A DNA stretch of 64,000 nucleotides from a virus. Location: positions 873-64,872 of the IMG/VR virus record IMGVR_UViG_3300019926_000010; one strand, given 5' to 3'. Both the position numbers and the translations under genes were made by a program. Below the pieces are notes generated by a model that saw nothing but the letters and a program-made list of their open reading frames with translations, was not told where the DNA came from and ran no database searches. Positions 1 to 8,658 of the stretch are shown here, one piece after another (position 1 is the first letter of the stretch; each line of letters opens with the position of its first letter).

Positions 1-26
1 CCAATCTGTCGCACGGGTACTACGCT

Positions 27-482
27 ATGCAGGAACATCTACTTGAAGACTTGAGTGACGAGGAGGAGGAAGCGTATGAAGAGATCATGGAGCGTGGTGC
101 CGAAAAGGGCATTACACGCGAGAACGATTTCTTCTCTTGGGAGTCACTTCAGTCGCTTGCCCTCAACATTGTAACCGACCGACGGTTGCGAAAGACGATC
201 AACGACGAGGGCGTCGTGCGAACGGTTAACGAATACTCGGCGCAGGGTGAACTCCTCGATCAGCAAGAAGAGGAACATCACCTTCTCAAGATTTCTCAGT
301 CTCAGCGGCGACTTATCGAGAAACTGAAAGAAAACCTCGGGTTGACTCGCAAGCACCAGGACGAGATGGAAGCCATCGAGGAAGGTGGCCGGATCGAGTT
401 CCTTTCCGAGGGCATGGAATCTGCCCTTGAGGATGGTGAGGAGTACGATCCCGAAGATTGGGAAGATGAGGAGTCCGGTTGA
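27..482 (+). CDS. Acidic protein, candidate terminase small subunit
   Basis: 151-aa acidic ORF three genes upstream of the large terminase; the assignment is positional only. Confidence 0.35.
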   Translation: MQEHLLEDLSDEEEEAYEEIMERGAEKGITRENDFFSWESLQSLALNIVTDRRLRKTINDEGVVRTVNEYSAQGELLDQQEEEHHLLKISQSQRRLIEKLKENLGLTRKHQDEMEAIEEGGRIEFLSEGMESALEDGEEYDPEDWEDEESG

Positions 483-795
483 CACTGCGGTTCGGGAATT
501 TTCTGCTGGCTACGCGATAACCGAGTTCAATCTTGAGCTTGGTAACCACCAGTCGGTTCAGATTTCGAGTTACCGAGCGGAAGACATCCGTGAATGGTGG
601 TTTGAACAGGGTGCGGGCGGCCCCGTTCCTGTCGTTTTGCGCGGCGATAACCGGCATCTGGTTCCCGAAGAAGACGACGATCTCGCTTACGAGACGTTGA
701 GGATTCCAACTGATATGACGGATGAACGAGGATCGGCCTCGTTTCTGATCCCAAATGAGCAACACACGCGGCTTCTGATGGGCTTCGATCAATGA
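466..795 (+). CDS. Hypothetical protein
   Basis: In-frame ATG at 466 inside track ORF 385..795; overlaps its neighbours in operon fashion; start uncertain. Confidence 0.45.
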   Translation: MRSPVDTAVREFSAGYAITEFNLELGNHQSVQISSYRAEDIREWWFEQGAGGPVPVVLRGDNRHLVPEEDDDLAYETLRIPTDMTDERGSASFLIPNEQHTRLLMGFDQ

Positions 796-980
796 GGGAC
801 CCAATTACCTCGGAAGGAGGAAAGATCGCTCAGGAGCCGCCACAGGAGCAAATCTACGTCGAGGAGTTGAACATGGGACGTGGCGAAATCGGTTGCTACG
901 TCGAGTGGAAAAATCTTCGCGACGGATGGATTCTTGCTGAAAACACGGATTCTTTCGTTTCTGTTGACAATCATAGATGA
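792..980 (+). CDS. Hypothetical protein
   Basis: 62 aa, with 4-nt start/stop overlaps to both neighbours. Confidence 0.55.
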   Translation: MRDPITSEGGKIAQEPPQEQIYVEELNMGRGEIGCYVEWKNLRDGWILAENTDSFVSVDNHR

Positions 981-2713
981 TAAATCAGGAGTTGGCCGAG
1001 AAGTTCTCCAACAGCACCGGGCACGACCTGGAAGAGTTGGTAGAACGATGGCGCGGGGCACCTGAGAAGGTCGCTGAAGACCTATTCCAGGCTCAGAACC
1101 CAGACACGGGTGAAATGGAGTCTATTGAGGTGTTTCCGTATCAGGCTCAATTCCTTCATGCGTATTTCTACAGCGATTCCACGATTCTGAACTGTTATAA
1201 GGGTCGTCGGATCGGGATGTCCTACGTTGCCTGTATTGCGATCATCATTGATGGCCTTCGGCACAAGAATATGGAGTTCCCTATTCTTGCGACGAAGAAA
1301 GAGCAGGCTCAGGACCGTATAGAGGACATTGAGACTATTTTGAAGTCCTCACCGTTGCCGTTTGACGATTTGGTAGACACGAACAACAAAGGGGAGATCA
1401 TCCTCTATAACGGGTCCACTTTCAAGGCATATACGGCAAATCCCGACAATGCGCGTGGGATCACCGCGAGAACGGTGTTTATTGACGAAATGGCCTTCGT
1501 TGAGGATCAGGAGAAGGTCATCGAGGCGTTCATGCCGACGATCTCCTTGGGTTCCAAGGGGAAGCTCCTCCAGATTTCGACGCCAAAAGTCTCTAATGAC
1601 TTGTTCATGGAGACGAATAAGCGGGGTCAGGAGGGTGCAGACGACGTTGTTGCGATTAAACAGCCGACGTTCAAGAACGCTGACGACATTGACATCGAGA
1701 TCCCATTAACGGATCAGCCCGCTGAGGTCGTCAGACCGGATATGAACGCCCGGACTTTCGAGTCTCAGCGACTTTCAGACCCGCAAGGGTTCGCACAAGA
1801 GTACCTGTGTCGTCCAATTTCGGACGAATATCGGTTCTTTTCAGGGGATTCCGTGGAAAGGGCACAGGAGCGCGGCGCAGTTGACGATTACTCATACGGA
1901 GCGTATGTTGGTGCTGAGAAGGGCGGCTTGATGGTCGCGGGGATCGACCTCGGGGCTTCAGGTGACGATACGGTCATCTCAGTGTTTGAACATACGGGGA
2001 AACGTCGTTATCTCCGGTACCACGAGGTTGTTACCAAACAGACGCTCCAGCTATCTGGTATTCGGGACCCTGACAGAGGGAACCCGAACCATTTGATTAC
2101 ACGGTTTCAGGACTTGCAGGATCAGTTGAACATTGACCACATGGTCATTGACGCAACTGGGATGGGCAAGTTCTTCGATTCTAACATTACGAACGTCCTC
2201 GGTCGTGGTGTTCACAAGTTCGATTTCAACAACCAGGAAGCCTGGTTTGACATGGCTGGTGACCTCAACGCGGCCCTTCGTGAGGATATGGTCACCCTGG
2301 TCCCTGACGATGATATGGAGGATCAGTTGAAGTCGATGGTGAAAACGCAAGACGAGGATTGGAAAAAGCCGAAACTGACCGGGAAAAACCACTCCAAAGA
2401 CGGGAAGGACGACATCGCGGTGTCGTTGATCCTCGCGGCATACCCGGTAATGCTCAACTCGCAACGATCACAGCGGATGCACGCGGCGGAGGATGACGAA
2501 TATGTCCCCGCTGAAGGTGAATTTAGGCCCGGCCCCGATGGTCGGGTGAAGTCACAGTCGGGAACGGCGGTTCACCAGCAGTCGGACAGAACAGCCAACC
2601 GAAATTACACGGGCGGGAAAAACCGTACCGGTTCGGCGTATAGCACACGAAGTGTATCGCGGACGGGCGACAGTAATCGCTCATATAAACGCCGTCATGG
2701 ACGACGGCGATGA
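977..2713 (+). CDS. terL: Terminase large subunit
   Basis: Walker A-like KGRRIGMS, Walker B VFIDEMAF, coupling motif ISTP, nuclease motif GIDLG and C-terminal DDIAVS; directly upstream of the portal. Confidence 0.93.
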   Translation: MINQELAEKFSNSTGHDLEELVERWRGAPEKVAEDLFQAQNPDTGEMESIEVFPYQAQFLHAYFYSDSTILNCYKGRRIGMSYVACIAIIIDGLRHKNMEFPILATKKEQAQDRIEDIETILKSSPLPFDDLVDTNNKGEIILYNGSTFKAYTANPDNARGITARTVFIDEMAFVEDQEKVIEAFMPTISLGSKGKLLQISTPKVSNDLFMETNKRGQEGADDVVAIKQPTFKNADDIDIEIPLTDQPAEVVRPDMNARTFESQRLSDPQGFAQEYLCRPISDEYRFFSGDSVERAQERGAVDDYSYGAYVGAEKGGLMVAGIDLGASGDDTVISVFEHTGKRRYLRYHEVVTKQTLQLSGIRDPDRGNPNHLITRFQDLQDQLNIDHMVIDATGMGKFFDSNITNVLGRGVHKFDFNNQEAWFDMAGDLNAALREDMVTLVPDDDMEDQLKSMVKTQDEDWKKPKLTGKNHSKDGKDDIAVSLILAAYPVMLNSQRSQRMHAAEDDEYVPAEGEFRPGPDGRVKSQSGTAVHQQSDRTANRNYTGGKNRTGSAYSTRSVSRTGDSNRSYKRRHGRRR

Positions 2714-2721
2714 TTTACTAA

Positions 2722-4164
2722 ATGACTGAAGGACAATCTGAGACATATAACCTACTTCGAGAGGCCGAGAACTCTGGCGCTCTCGATTTCGCTCTGGAGT
2801 CTTCTAAAGCGGTTGTTCAGACGACCGGAGCGGGTTCATCTCCCCGTCCTGAAGGTCCGCCTGAACAGCGAATTGAGGAGTTTCGGACGATCTACGACAC
2901 TGACCCGCTTGTTGGTCAGGCTGTCGATAAGATGGTCGAATACCTCGTCGGTTCCGGGTTCAACATTGAACCCCGAAATGTCCCGTTCACGGACACGGAA
3001 CAGACCGCTGAGGATATTGCAGACCTGAAACGCCTCGTTGAACTGTCGGATTTTAACGGAAAACTGATCGAATGGGTCAAACGGGCCGTCGTTGACGGTA
3101 CCGCGTTCCTTGAACTTGTCTGGAACAGCGAAACTGACGAGTTTGAGCCAAATCTTCTTCCGACCCTCGATATGGAGATTCAGCCCGACGAGTATGGGAA
3201 TGACGGTAAATATATTCTCGATACCAGCGGGCAAGACGGTGAAGTAGAATACGAATCTCACGAAGTTGCTGTTCTTCGGTTTTACCGACAGCCGAAGGAG
3301 ATGTGGGGTCATTCCTTCATCGAGCGTGCCCAGGAGCAGACGGATATGCTTCGTGACATGGAGATCGACATGGCGCGGTTCATCTCCACGAAGGCGTATC
3401 CGCCTATTCTCTGGAAGCTCGGTGACGCCGACAACAACATCCACTGGACTGACGATCAAATCGAGGGCTGGTTGGACACCGTTGAGAATATCGAGCCAGA
3501 TTCGATGCTCGCGGCAGGAGACGACGTTGATTACGATGTCGTCGGTTCCACTTCGACCAGCTCTGAATCTGGTGTGATGAACCTCGACGGGACGTTCACG
3601 CACCTTCAAACGAGGGTGGCAACCGCGTTCGGTATCCCCGCCTTCTTGCTGAATCTCGATGCAGGTACCGGGCGCAATGATTCGGTTACACAGATGCCGT
3701 CGTTTGATCGGCGGATTCAGGCCCTCCGGGTTCCGATCCAAAATGCGGTGGAACAGCAGATTTTCCGTTCCATCATGGGTCACCCGGACCCTGAGAACTT
3801 TACTGACATGGTTCCCCGGTTCGAGTTTGGGGAACATTCGTCCGAGGAAGAACGTCTTGAAACGGATGAGGCGCTAAAGCTGTTCAATAACGGATTTCTC
3901 ACTCGTGAGGCGTTCGCCCAACGGGTCGGTATTGATCCCGAGGTCGAAATGCCAACGCAGGAAGAACTAACGTCTGAAATCATCCCAGTGATCCAGCAGT
4001 TAGCCGGATCTGGTGATGATATTCAGAATCCCGAGGGTGGGGCACCAACCGATACTGGTGGCGGTGCAGATAGTTCGGGTGGTGAAGTGAAATCACGGCA
4101 GAACCCGGAAAATGACACTTCTGATGATGACAGTCGAAATCAGCAGAGTGTAGATAACGAGTAA
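2722..4164 (+). CDS. Portal protein
   Basis: 480 aa directly after TerL; portal-like segments (GTAFLELV, AFGIPAFLL, GFLTREA) and an acidic tail. Confidence 0.88.
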   Translation: MTEGQSETYNLLREAENSGALDFALESSKAVVQTTGAGSSPRPEGPPEQRIEEFRTIYDTDPLVGQAVDKMVEYLVGSGFNIEPRNVPFTDTEQTAEDIADLKRLVELSDFNGKLIEWVKRAVVDGTAFLELVWNSETDEFEPNLLPTLDMEIQPDEYGNDGKYILDTSGQDGEVEYESHEVAVLRFYRQPKEMWGHSFIERAQEQTDMLRDMEIDMARFISTKAYPPILWKLGDADNNIHWTDDQIEGWLDTVENIEPDSMLAAGDDVDYDVVGSTSTSSESGVMNLDGTFTHLQTRVATAFGIPAFLLNLDAGTGRNDSVTQMPSFDRRIQALRVPIQNAVEQQIFRSIMGHPDPENFTDMVPRFEFGEHSSEEERLETDEALKLFNNGFLTREAFAQRVGIDPEVEMPTQEELTSEIIPVIQQLAGSGDDIQNPEGGAPTDTGGGADSSGGEVKSRQNPENDTSDDDSRNQQSVDNE

Positions 4165-4167
4165 GAT

Positions 4168-4431
4168 ATGGACGACGAAGAAACTAATCAACTTGATGAT
4201 ATTCATTCTGAGGTAAAAGGTTCTCATGCTCAGTTAGGTGCAATCAACGAACGAACACTGAGTATTCAGAGACAACTGGAATCAATTTCGGAAGAAGTCT
4301 CTGAGAATGAACAGGAAATAGACAAATTACAGGGTAAAGTGAAACGCAACACCACCGTCGTCGGTGGAATTTCTGGTGGGGTTGCGATGATAACGATGTG
4401 GTTTGCGGATAAGGTCACGCGCGTACTATGA
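4168..4431 (+). CDS. Small coiled-coil protein with C-terminal transmembrane segment
   Basis: Heptad-like N-terminus and a hydrophobic VVGGISGGVAMITMWFA segment. Confidence 0.6.
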   Translation: MDDEETNQLDDIHSEVKGSHAQLGAINERTLSIQRQLESISEEVSENEQEIDKLQGKVKRNTTVVGGISGGVAMITMWFADKVTRVL

Positions 4432-5897
4432 CTACACAAACAGTTGATGGCGGCGATCTCGGGGATCTTAGCTTCTCCATTGATCTCTCTTCCCCCGGTC
4501 AGAACGCCCTTGAGGAAGGATTCAACCGATATGGTGTCAAAGACACCGAAGATCGTGTTGAGTTTGTCTTCGAGGCGATGCAACCGGGGATGCGAAATGG
4601 GTTCAAGATCACCGAAGACTTCCTGAAAACGGTCGCGTCTAACTTCGAGAAGGAGGCACCCGCCCAGGTTGACCATGATCGGTCAATGTTGATGAACGCC
4701 GGACGGATCACTGATATGTGGTTCTCAGACGGTGCCCTTCGGCTTCGGGGTTACGTTCCCAAAACGGGAGCAGACACTCATCAGGAGTTCGTTGATCGGT
4801 TCACATTCGATCCCCCGCAGGTTCAGAATGGATCTGTGGGCTTCGGGATGCAGTTCGAGCTTTCCGAAGATGATGATGGGAACCCGATGCCGGTCGATGG
4901 AACGATGCAGGAGTTCTCCTTCCTGCCGTTTCCCGGTGGATATGACGAATCGACTGGTGGCCTAAAAGCTCAGTTCGAGGAGGCATATCAGCAGTATAGA
5001 GAGGACTCTGAGCCTGACATGGAAGAACTGGATGAAGTCTACGAAATGTGGACTTCGATGGTCAACATGGATAACGACCAGATGGAGCGTTGGGACGAAC
5101 ATCCTTGCGCCGACGAAATGGTCGATAATGGCGAAAGTATTCGGGATGAAACTCTGATGTTAATGGGTAGCCCGAAAGAGAGTTGGTCGCAGGAAAATGT
5201 CGATATTGCGAATCAGGTTATCGACTTTATTGCGACTGAAACTGAAAAAGATCCAGAGAACCCCGAAGAAGGCGGACCTGGGACTTGTCCCAGCCGGTGG
5301 GCGGTTAACCTATTGAATCGGGGATATAACCCATTTCAAGATTTCCCCTCAGGGAATCCGCAGTTTAGCGAGGAGGGGGACGAAAACGATGATGACGCTC
5401 CGGATGGAGTCGAGTCCTTTGATGTCCGCCTCGACACGGAAACACTATACAACTTAGATAACATGAGTTTTCAGCGAATTGATTTTGACGAGCTTCCCGA
5501 CGACCTCCCGGAAGAGGTTGCGGAGTTCGTCTCGAATGTTGAAGAACAGCACAAGTCCAACGTCGAGTTCATCGAATCGGTGACCGAAGACAAGGAGGAA
5601 GCCGAGACGGAGCTTCAGAACTATAAGCAGGATCTCGCAGAGGATCTTGCAGAGCGCGAGGCCGTTCTTTTCGAGGCCGACGAGCTTGCTGAGTTCTCGA
5701 TGTCCCGCCTTCACAAGCTGGACGAGGATTCGGCACAGTTCGACGCTTCTGCTGGTGAAGCGGACGAAGAGGATGATGAAGAGGAAGGCGCTGACTTCGG
5801 GAAGCAGGAACGGAAGTCGGGCGACTTCACTCAGGAGCGGGTTGACAGCCGGGCCAAGGAAGGTCTGGACAGTATCCCCGGCATCGCCACGGAGTAA
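4428..5897 (+). CDS. Prohead protease / scaffold fusion with an internal DUF3140-like domain
   Basis: N-terminal protease-like part (VDH, GSVGF, EFSF) between portal and capsid genes; acidic coiled-coil C-terminus typical of scaffolds. Confidence 0.7.
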   Translation: MTTQTVDGGDLGDLSFSIDLSSPGQNALEEGFNRYGVKDTEDRVEFVFEAMQPGMRNGFKITEDFLKTVASNFEKEAPAQVDHDRSMLMNAGRITDMWFSDGALRLRGYVPKTGADTHQEFVDRFTFDPPQVQNGSVGFGMQFELSEDDDGNPMPVDGTMQEFSFLPFPGGYDESTGGLKAQFEEAYQQYREDSEPDMEELDEVYEMWTSMVNMDNDQMERWDEHPCADEMVDNGESIRDETLMLMGSPKESWSQENVDIANQVIDFIATETEKDPENPEEGGPGTCPSRWAVNLLNRGYNPFQDFPSGNPQFSEEGDENDDDAPDGVESFDVRLDTETLYNLDNMSFQRIDFDELPDDLPEEVAEFVSNVEEQHKSNVEFIESVTEDKEEAETELQNYKQDLAEDLAEREAVLFEADELAEFSMSRLHKLDEDSAQFDASAGEADEEDDEEEGADFGKQERKSGDFTQERVDSRAKEGLDSIPGIATE

Positions 5898-5917
5898 TTT
5901 TACGGAGATAATATACA

Positions 5918-6418
5918 ATGGTTGACGTTAACGTCGCAAGTAACACGGAGTACATCGAGAATCGACAGTCCAGCGGTGCTGTTCAGTACGAGTGTGATGA
6001 GGGTGACCTCGTTGCAATCGACTCGAACGGTGACGTTGTTGAGGCTGACGCCGCCAATGGCGTTTCCGGGAAGGCTCGTGGGGTCGTCACTGGTCCCGCT
6101 CGTGATCCCTCGAAGTACGGGAGCGACTTCATGGAGACGCAGTTGGTTGTCGAGAGTGAATACGATCTCGTCGGAGAGGCCCGGAAGACCTTCTTCGAGT
6201 ACGGGATTCGTGTTCGGAACGCAGATCAGGACTGGAACTTCACCCCTGGAGCAGACATCTATCTGGCCGAGGGTGGGGGTTACACTGAAACTGTCCCGTC
6301 CACGAGCGGTTCTGTCATCCAGAAGGTCGGCTACGCGAAGCCCGGCCCGACGGAGGATGGCGTTGCCAACGAGGTCGTCATCACTGTTGACCAGTTCGCA
6401 GAGGAGACGGTCGCCTAA
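5918..6418 (+). CDS. Capsid decoration/stabilising protein
   Basis: Beta-rich 166-aa protein (GDLVAIDSNG, GADIYLAEGG) immediately before the major capsid gene. Confidence 0.6.
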   Translation: MVDVNVASNTEYIENRQSSGAVQYECDEGDLVAIDSNGDVVEADAANGVSGKARGVVTGPARDPSKYGSDFMETQLVVESEYDLVGEARKTFFEYGIRVRNADQDWNFTPGADIYLAEGGGYTETVPSTSGSVIQKVGYAKPGPTEDGVANEVVITVDQFAEETVA

Positions 6419-6458
6419 ATTTTCGACCGGCATTAAACAAAGCACACTAACTTAATCA

Positions 6459-7439
6459 ATGGTTTCTGACAATCCTTACAACACTCAGCTTGAGACGAAG
6501 GACGACGTTCCTCTCGCTGATCTTTTCGACATCGCAATGCAGAAGGTGGACCTGTTCAACGAGGCGGAGCGTCCTTTCCGTTCTCTGTTCGTTCAGGAAG
6601 TTTCTGAGATGATCTTCTCGGCTGACCACGTTCCCGCTGACATGACGTGGGAGGCTGTCGGTGAAGGTGAACACCCCGTCACGGGTGACATCCCCGACGA
6701 CAAGAAGGTCGCCATGAACGTGGAGAAGTACGCTCGTGGCCTGAACTTCTCGCAGGAGTTCATCGAAGATAACCCCTCGGAGATGGTCACTCGCCGCATC
6801 AACGCTATGCTGGAGGGTGCCGTCAAGAAGGAGCAGGAGGTCATCTTCAACACGTTCAAGTCCGGTATCGCTGACGGTGGCGAAATCTGGTACGACGTTC
6901 CTGACTACGGCGAGTACACCTTCTCGAACACTCACGATCACACGTTCGCGTCCACGCAGGAACTCTTCGAGCGCAACGGTGGCTCGGATACGAACGCCCA
7001 CGCACCGAGTGAGCATCTTCGTGAAGCGAACAAAGAGATCCGACACCACGGTCGGAACCCGTCTTACGCCCTCTGTTCCAGCGAGTTCGCGGCTGAACTC
7101 GTCAATGAACTGTCGTGGGACGCGAGCTATCACATCCCGGACGCCTCGGACCTGCGCTCGACCGCGCTTCCCGAGACTCAGATCCAGCTTGACGGTACCA
7201 CGCTGTTCCAGACCCCGTGGATCAACGACGAGGGTTCCTCGGAGTACACCTTCTACATGATGGACGACTCCAAGCCGCTCTACTTCCACGAAGCCAGCCC
7301 GGTCACCCTGAACGGCCTGAACGGTGCGCCCGTTCGGTCGCCCGGTGATATTCTCGGTGCCACTGGGAGTGCCCGTTGGGGCGTCAAGATGGTTGACCCC
7401 CTCGCGGGTGTCAAGGTCACTGCGGACAACCTCGCGTAG
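6459..7439 (+). CDS. Major capsid protein (HK97 fold predicted)
   Basis: 326 aa with strongly biased codon usage, in canonical position after protease and decoration genes. Confidence 0.85.
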   Translation: MVSDNPYNTQLETKDDVPLADLFDIAMQKVDLFNEAERPFRSLFVQEVSEMIFSADHVPADMTWEAVGEGEHPVTGDIPDDKKVAMNVEKYARGLNFSQEFIEDNPSEMVTRRINAMLEGAVKKEQEVIFNTFKSGIADGGEIWYDVPDYGEYTFSNTHDHTFASTQELFERNGGSDTNAHAPSEHLREANKEIRHHGRNPSYALCSSEFAAELVNELSWDASYHIPDASDLRSTALPETQIQLDGTTLFQTPWINDEGSSEYTFYMMDDSKPLYFHEASPVTLNGLNGAPVRSPGDILGATGSARWGVKMVDPLAGVKVTADNLA

Positions 7440-7451
7440 AGGTTTTCCTGA

Positions 7452-7856
7452 ATGTTCGACTCCGACGCTGAACTAATGAGCCATGTTCGGGGGCAGGTCG
7501 GGGTCAGCCAAAATGGTGACCTCCCCGAACAAGCTCTTAAAGAAGAAGTACAACGCGGCAAGGAAGAAATTAGTCGTGAACTTCGAGAACGCCTCAACAA
7601 CGGCGAGTCTGTTAACTTTTACAAGTCTGATGAACCGCAAAAGGCTCTCGAATTTTTCGTCAAAGTCAGAGCGCGTGGACGTGTAAAAAGAAATCAAAAG
7701 AAGCGTGGCCGCCATCCGGGTAAAGGTCGCGGGCCTCCGGATCATGCTAATGCCCCTGCTTCTGTTTCTTCGATGCGACGACATGATTACGATGACCAGA
7801 CGATGAATCATTGGCGAGATCGAATGGTTCATCACCTCAACAGGGTGACTGAATAA
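7452..7856 (+). CDS. Head completion/adaptor-like protein (apparent paralogue of next gene)
   Basis: Position after capsid gene; N-terminal pattern shared with 7856..8314. Confidence 0.45.
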   Translation: MFDSDAELMSHVRGQVGVSQNGDLPEQALKEEVQRGKEEISRELRERLNNGESVNFYKSDEPQKALEFFVKVRARGRVKRNQKKRGRHPGKGRGPPDHANAPASVSSMRRHDYDDQTMNHWRDRMVHHLNRVTE

Positions 7857-8314
7857 TGGCTTCTACTGACGACGAGCTTCAAAATGAAGTCCGAGAGTTG
7901 ACTGACTACACGTCCACAAGCGTGTTCAGTGAGTCAGCTCTGGATGAAGTCTTCGAGATCGCCAAGCGAGACATCCAGGGCGAGGCAAATACGACGATCA
8001 ATTCGTGGTACGACGACCTCGACAAGGAAAACTCGCTGTTCTGGACTGCGTGTCTGTTCACGAAGATCAAAGCAGGCGAGCTTGACGGCGTTCCGATGAG
8101 CCTCGGTGACATCGACTACGATTCACTGAAGTCCAGCGGAAGTCGTGCCGATAGCAAGCCGATGATCTGGTACGAGAAGGCCAAACGGTACACTGATCGC
8201 CTTGTTTCGAGTGGTGGTCGGTTTGCGAGTACCCGGATCAACCGTGGTCAGTCTCGTAAGTACGGTAGTGAGAGCGATATCACGGACGAGATCGACTACG
8301 GCGGGGATAACTAA
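7856..8314 (+). CDS. Head-tail adaptor protein
   Basis: Position, size and helical pattern. Confidence 0.55.
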   Translation: MASTDDELQNEVRELTDYTSTSVFSESALDEVFEIAKRDIQGEANTTINSWYDDLDKENSLFWTACLFTKIKAGELDGVPMSLGDIDYDSLKSSGSRADSKPMIWYEKAKRYTDRLVSSGGRFASTRINRGQSRKYGSESDITDEIDYGGDN

Positions 8315-8658
8315 TGAACCCCTCTGGAGGTTCAATGCGTGTCAAGTCTCTTATCTCACAGATGGGAAAAGAGGCTGTCATCGAGCGCGTTCCTGATGGG
8401 AACAGCGACCGGTTGAATCATAATACAGGAGAGTACGAACCTATCGGAACGGAAATCTGCGCGTATTATAATCCGGACACGGAAGGCGGACAATCCGCTT
8501 CTGGTGAAGTGAGCATCACGCAATCGCAGTTCGCGTTTTTCCCTGATGCTTCAATCCGAGTCAACGACCACATTATCTACGATCTCGTGACGTATGAGGT
8601 TGAGAAAGTCACTCACCGACCTTCTCATACCGTTGCGGTTGCCAAGCAAGTACAATAG
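8314..8658 (+). CDS. Head closure (stopper) protein
   Basis: 114 aa, beta-rich (IRVNDHIIYDLVTYEVEKV), as in SPP1 gp16-type stoppers. Confidence 0.6.
   Translation: MNPSGGSMRVKSLISQMGKEAVIERVPDGNSDRLNHNTGEYEPIGTEICAYYNPDTEGGQSASGEVSITQSQFAFFPDASIRVNDHIIYDLVTYEVEKVTHRPSHTVAVAKQVQ

Noticed and set aside
2836-3837. Long antisense ORFs opposite real genes (also 6456..7289, 31017..31760, 33019..33720, 40042..40773 and others)
   Set aside because: They are shadows of biased codon usage in GC-rich genes, are Arg/Leu/Val-rich rather than acidic, and carry no motifs.
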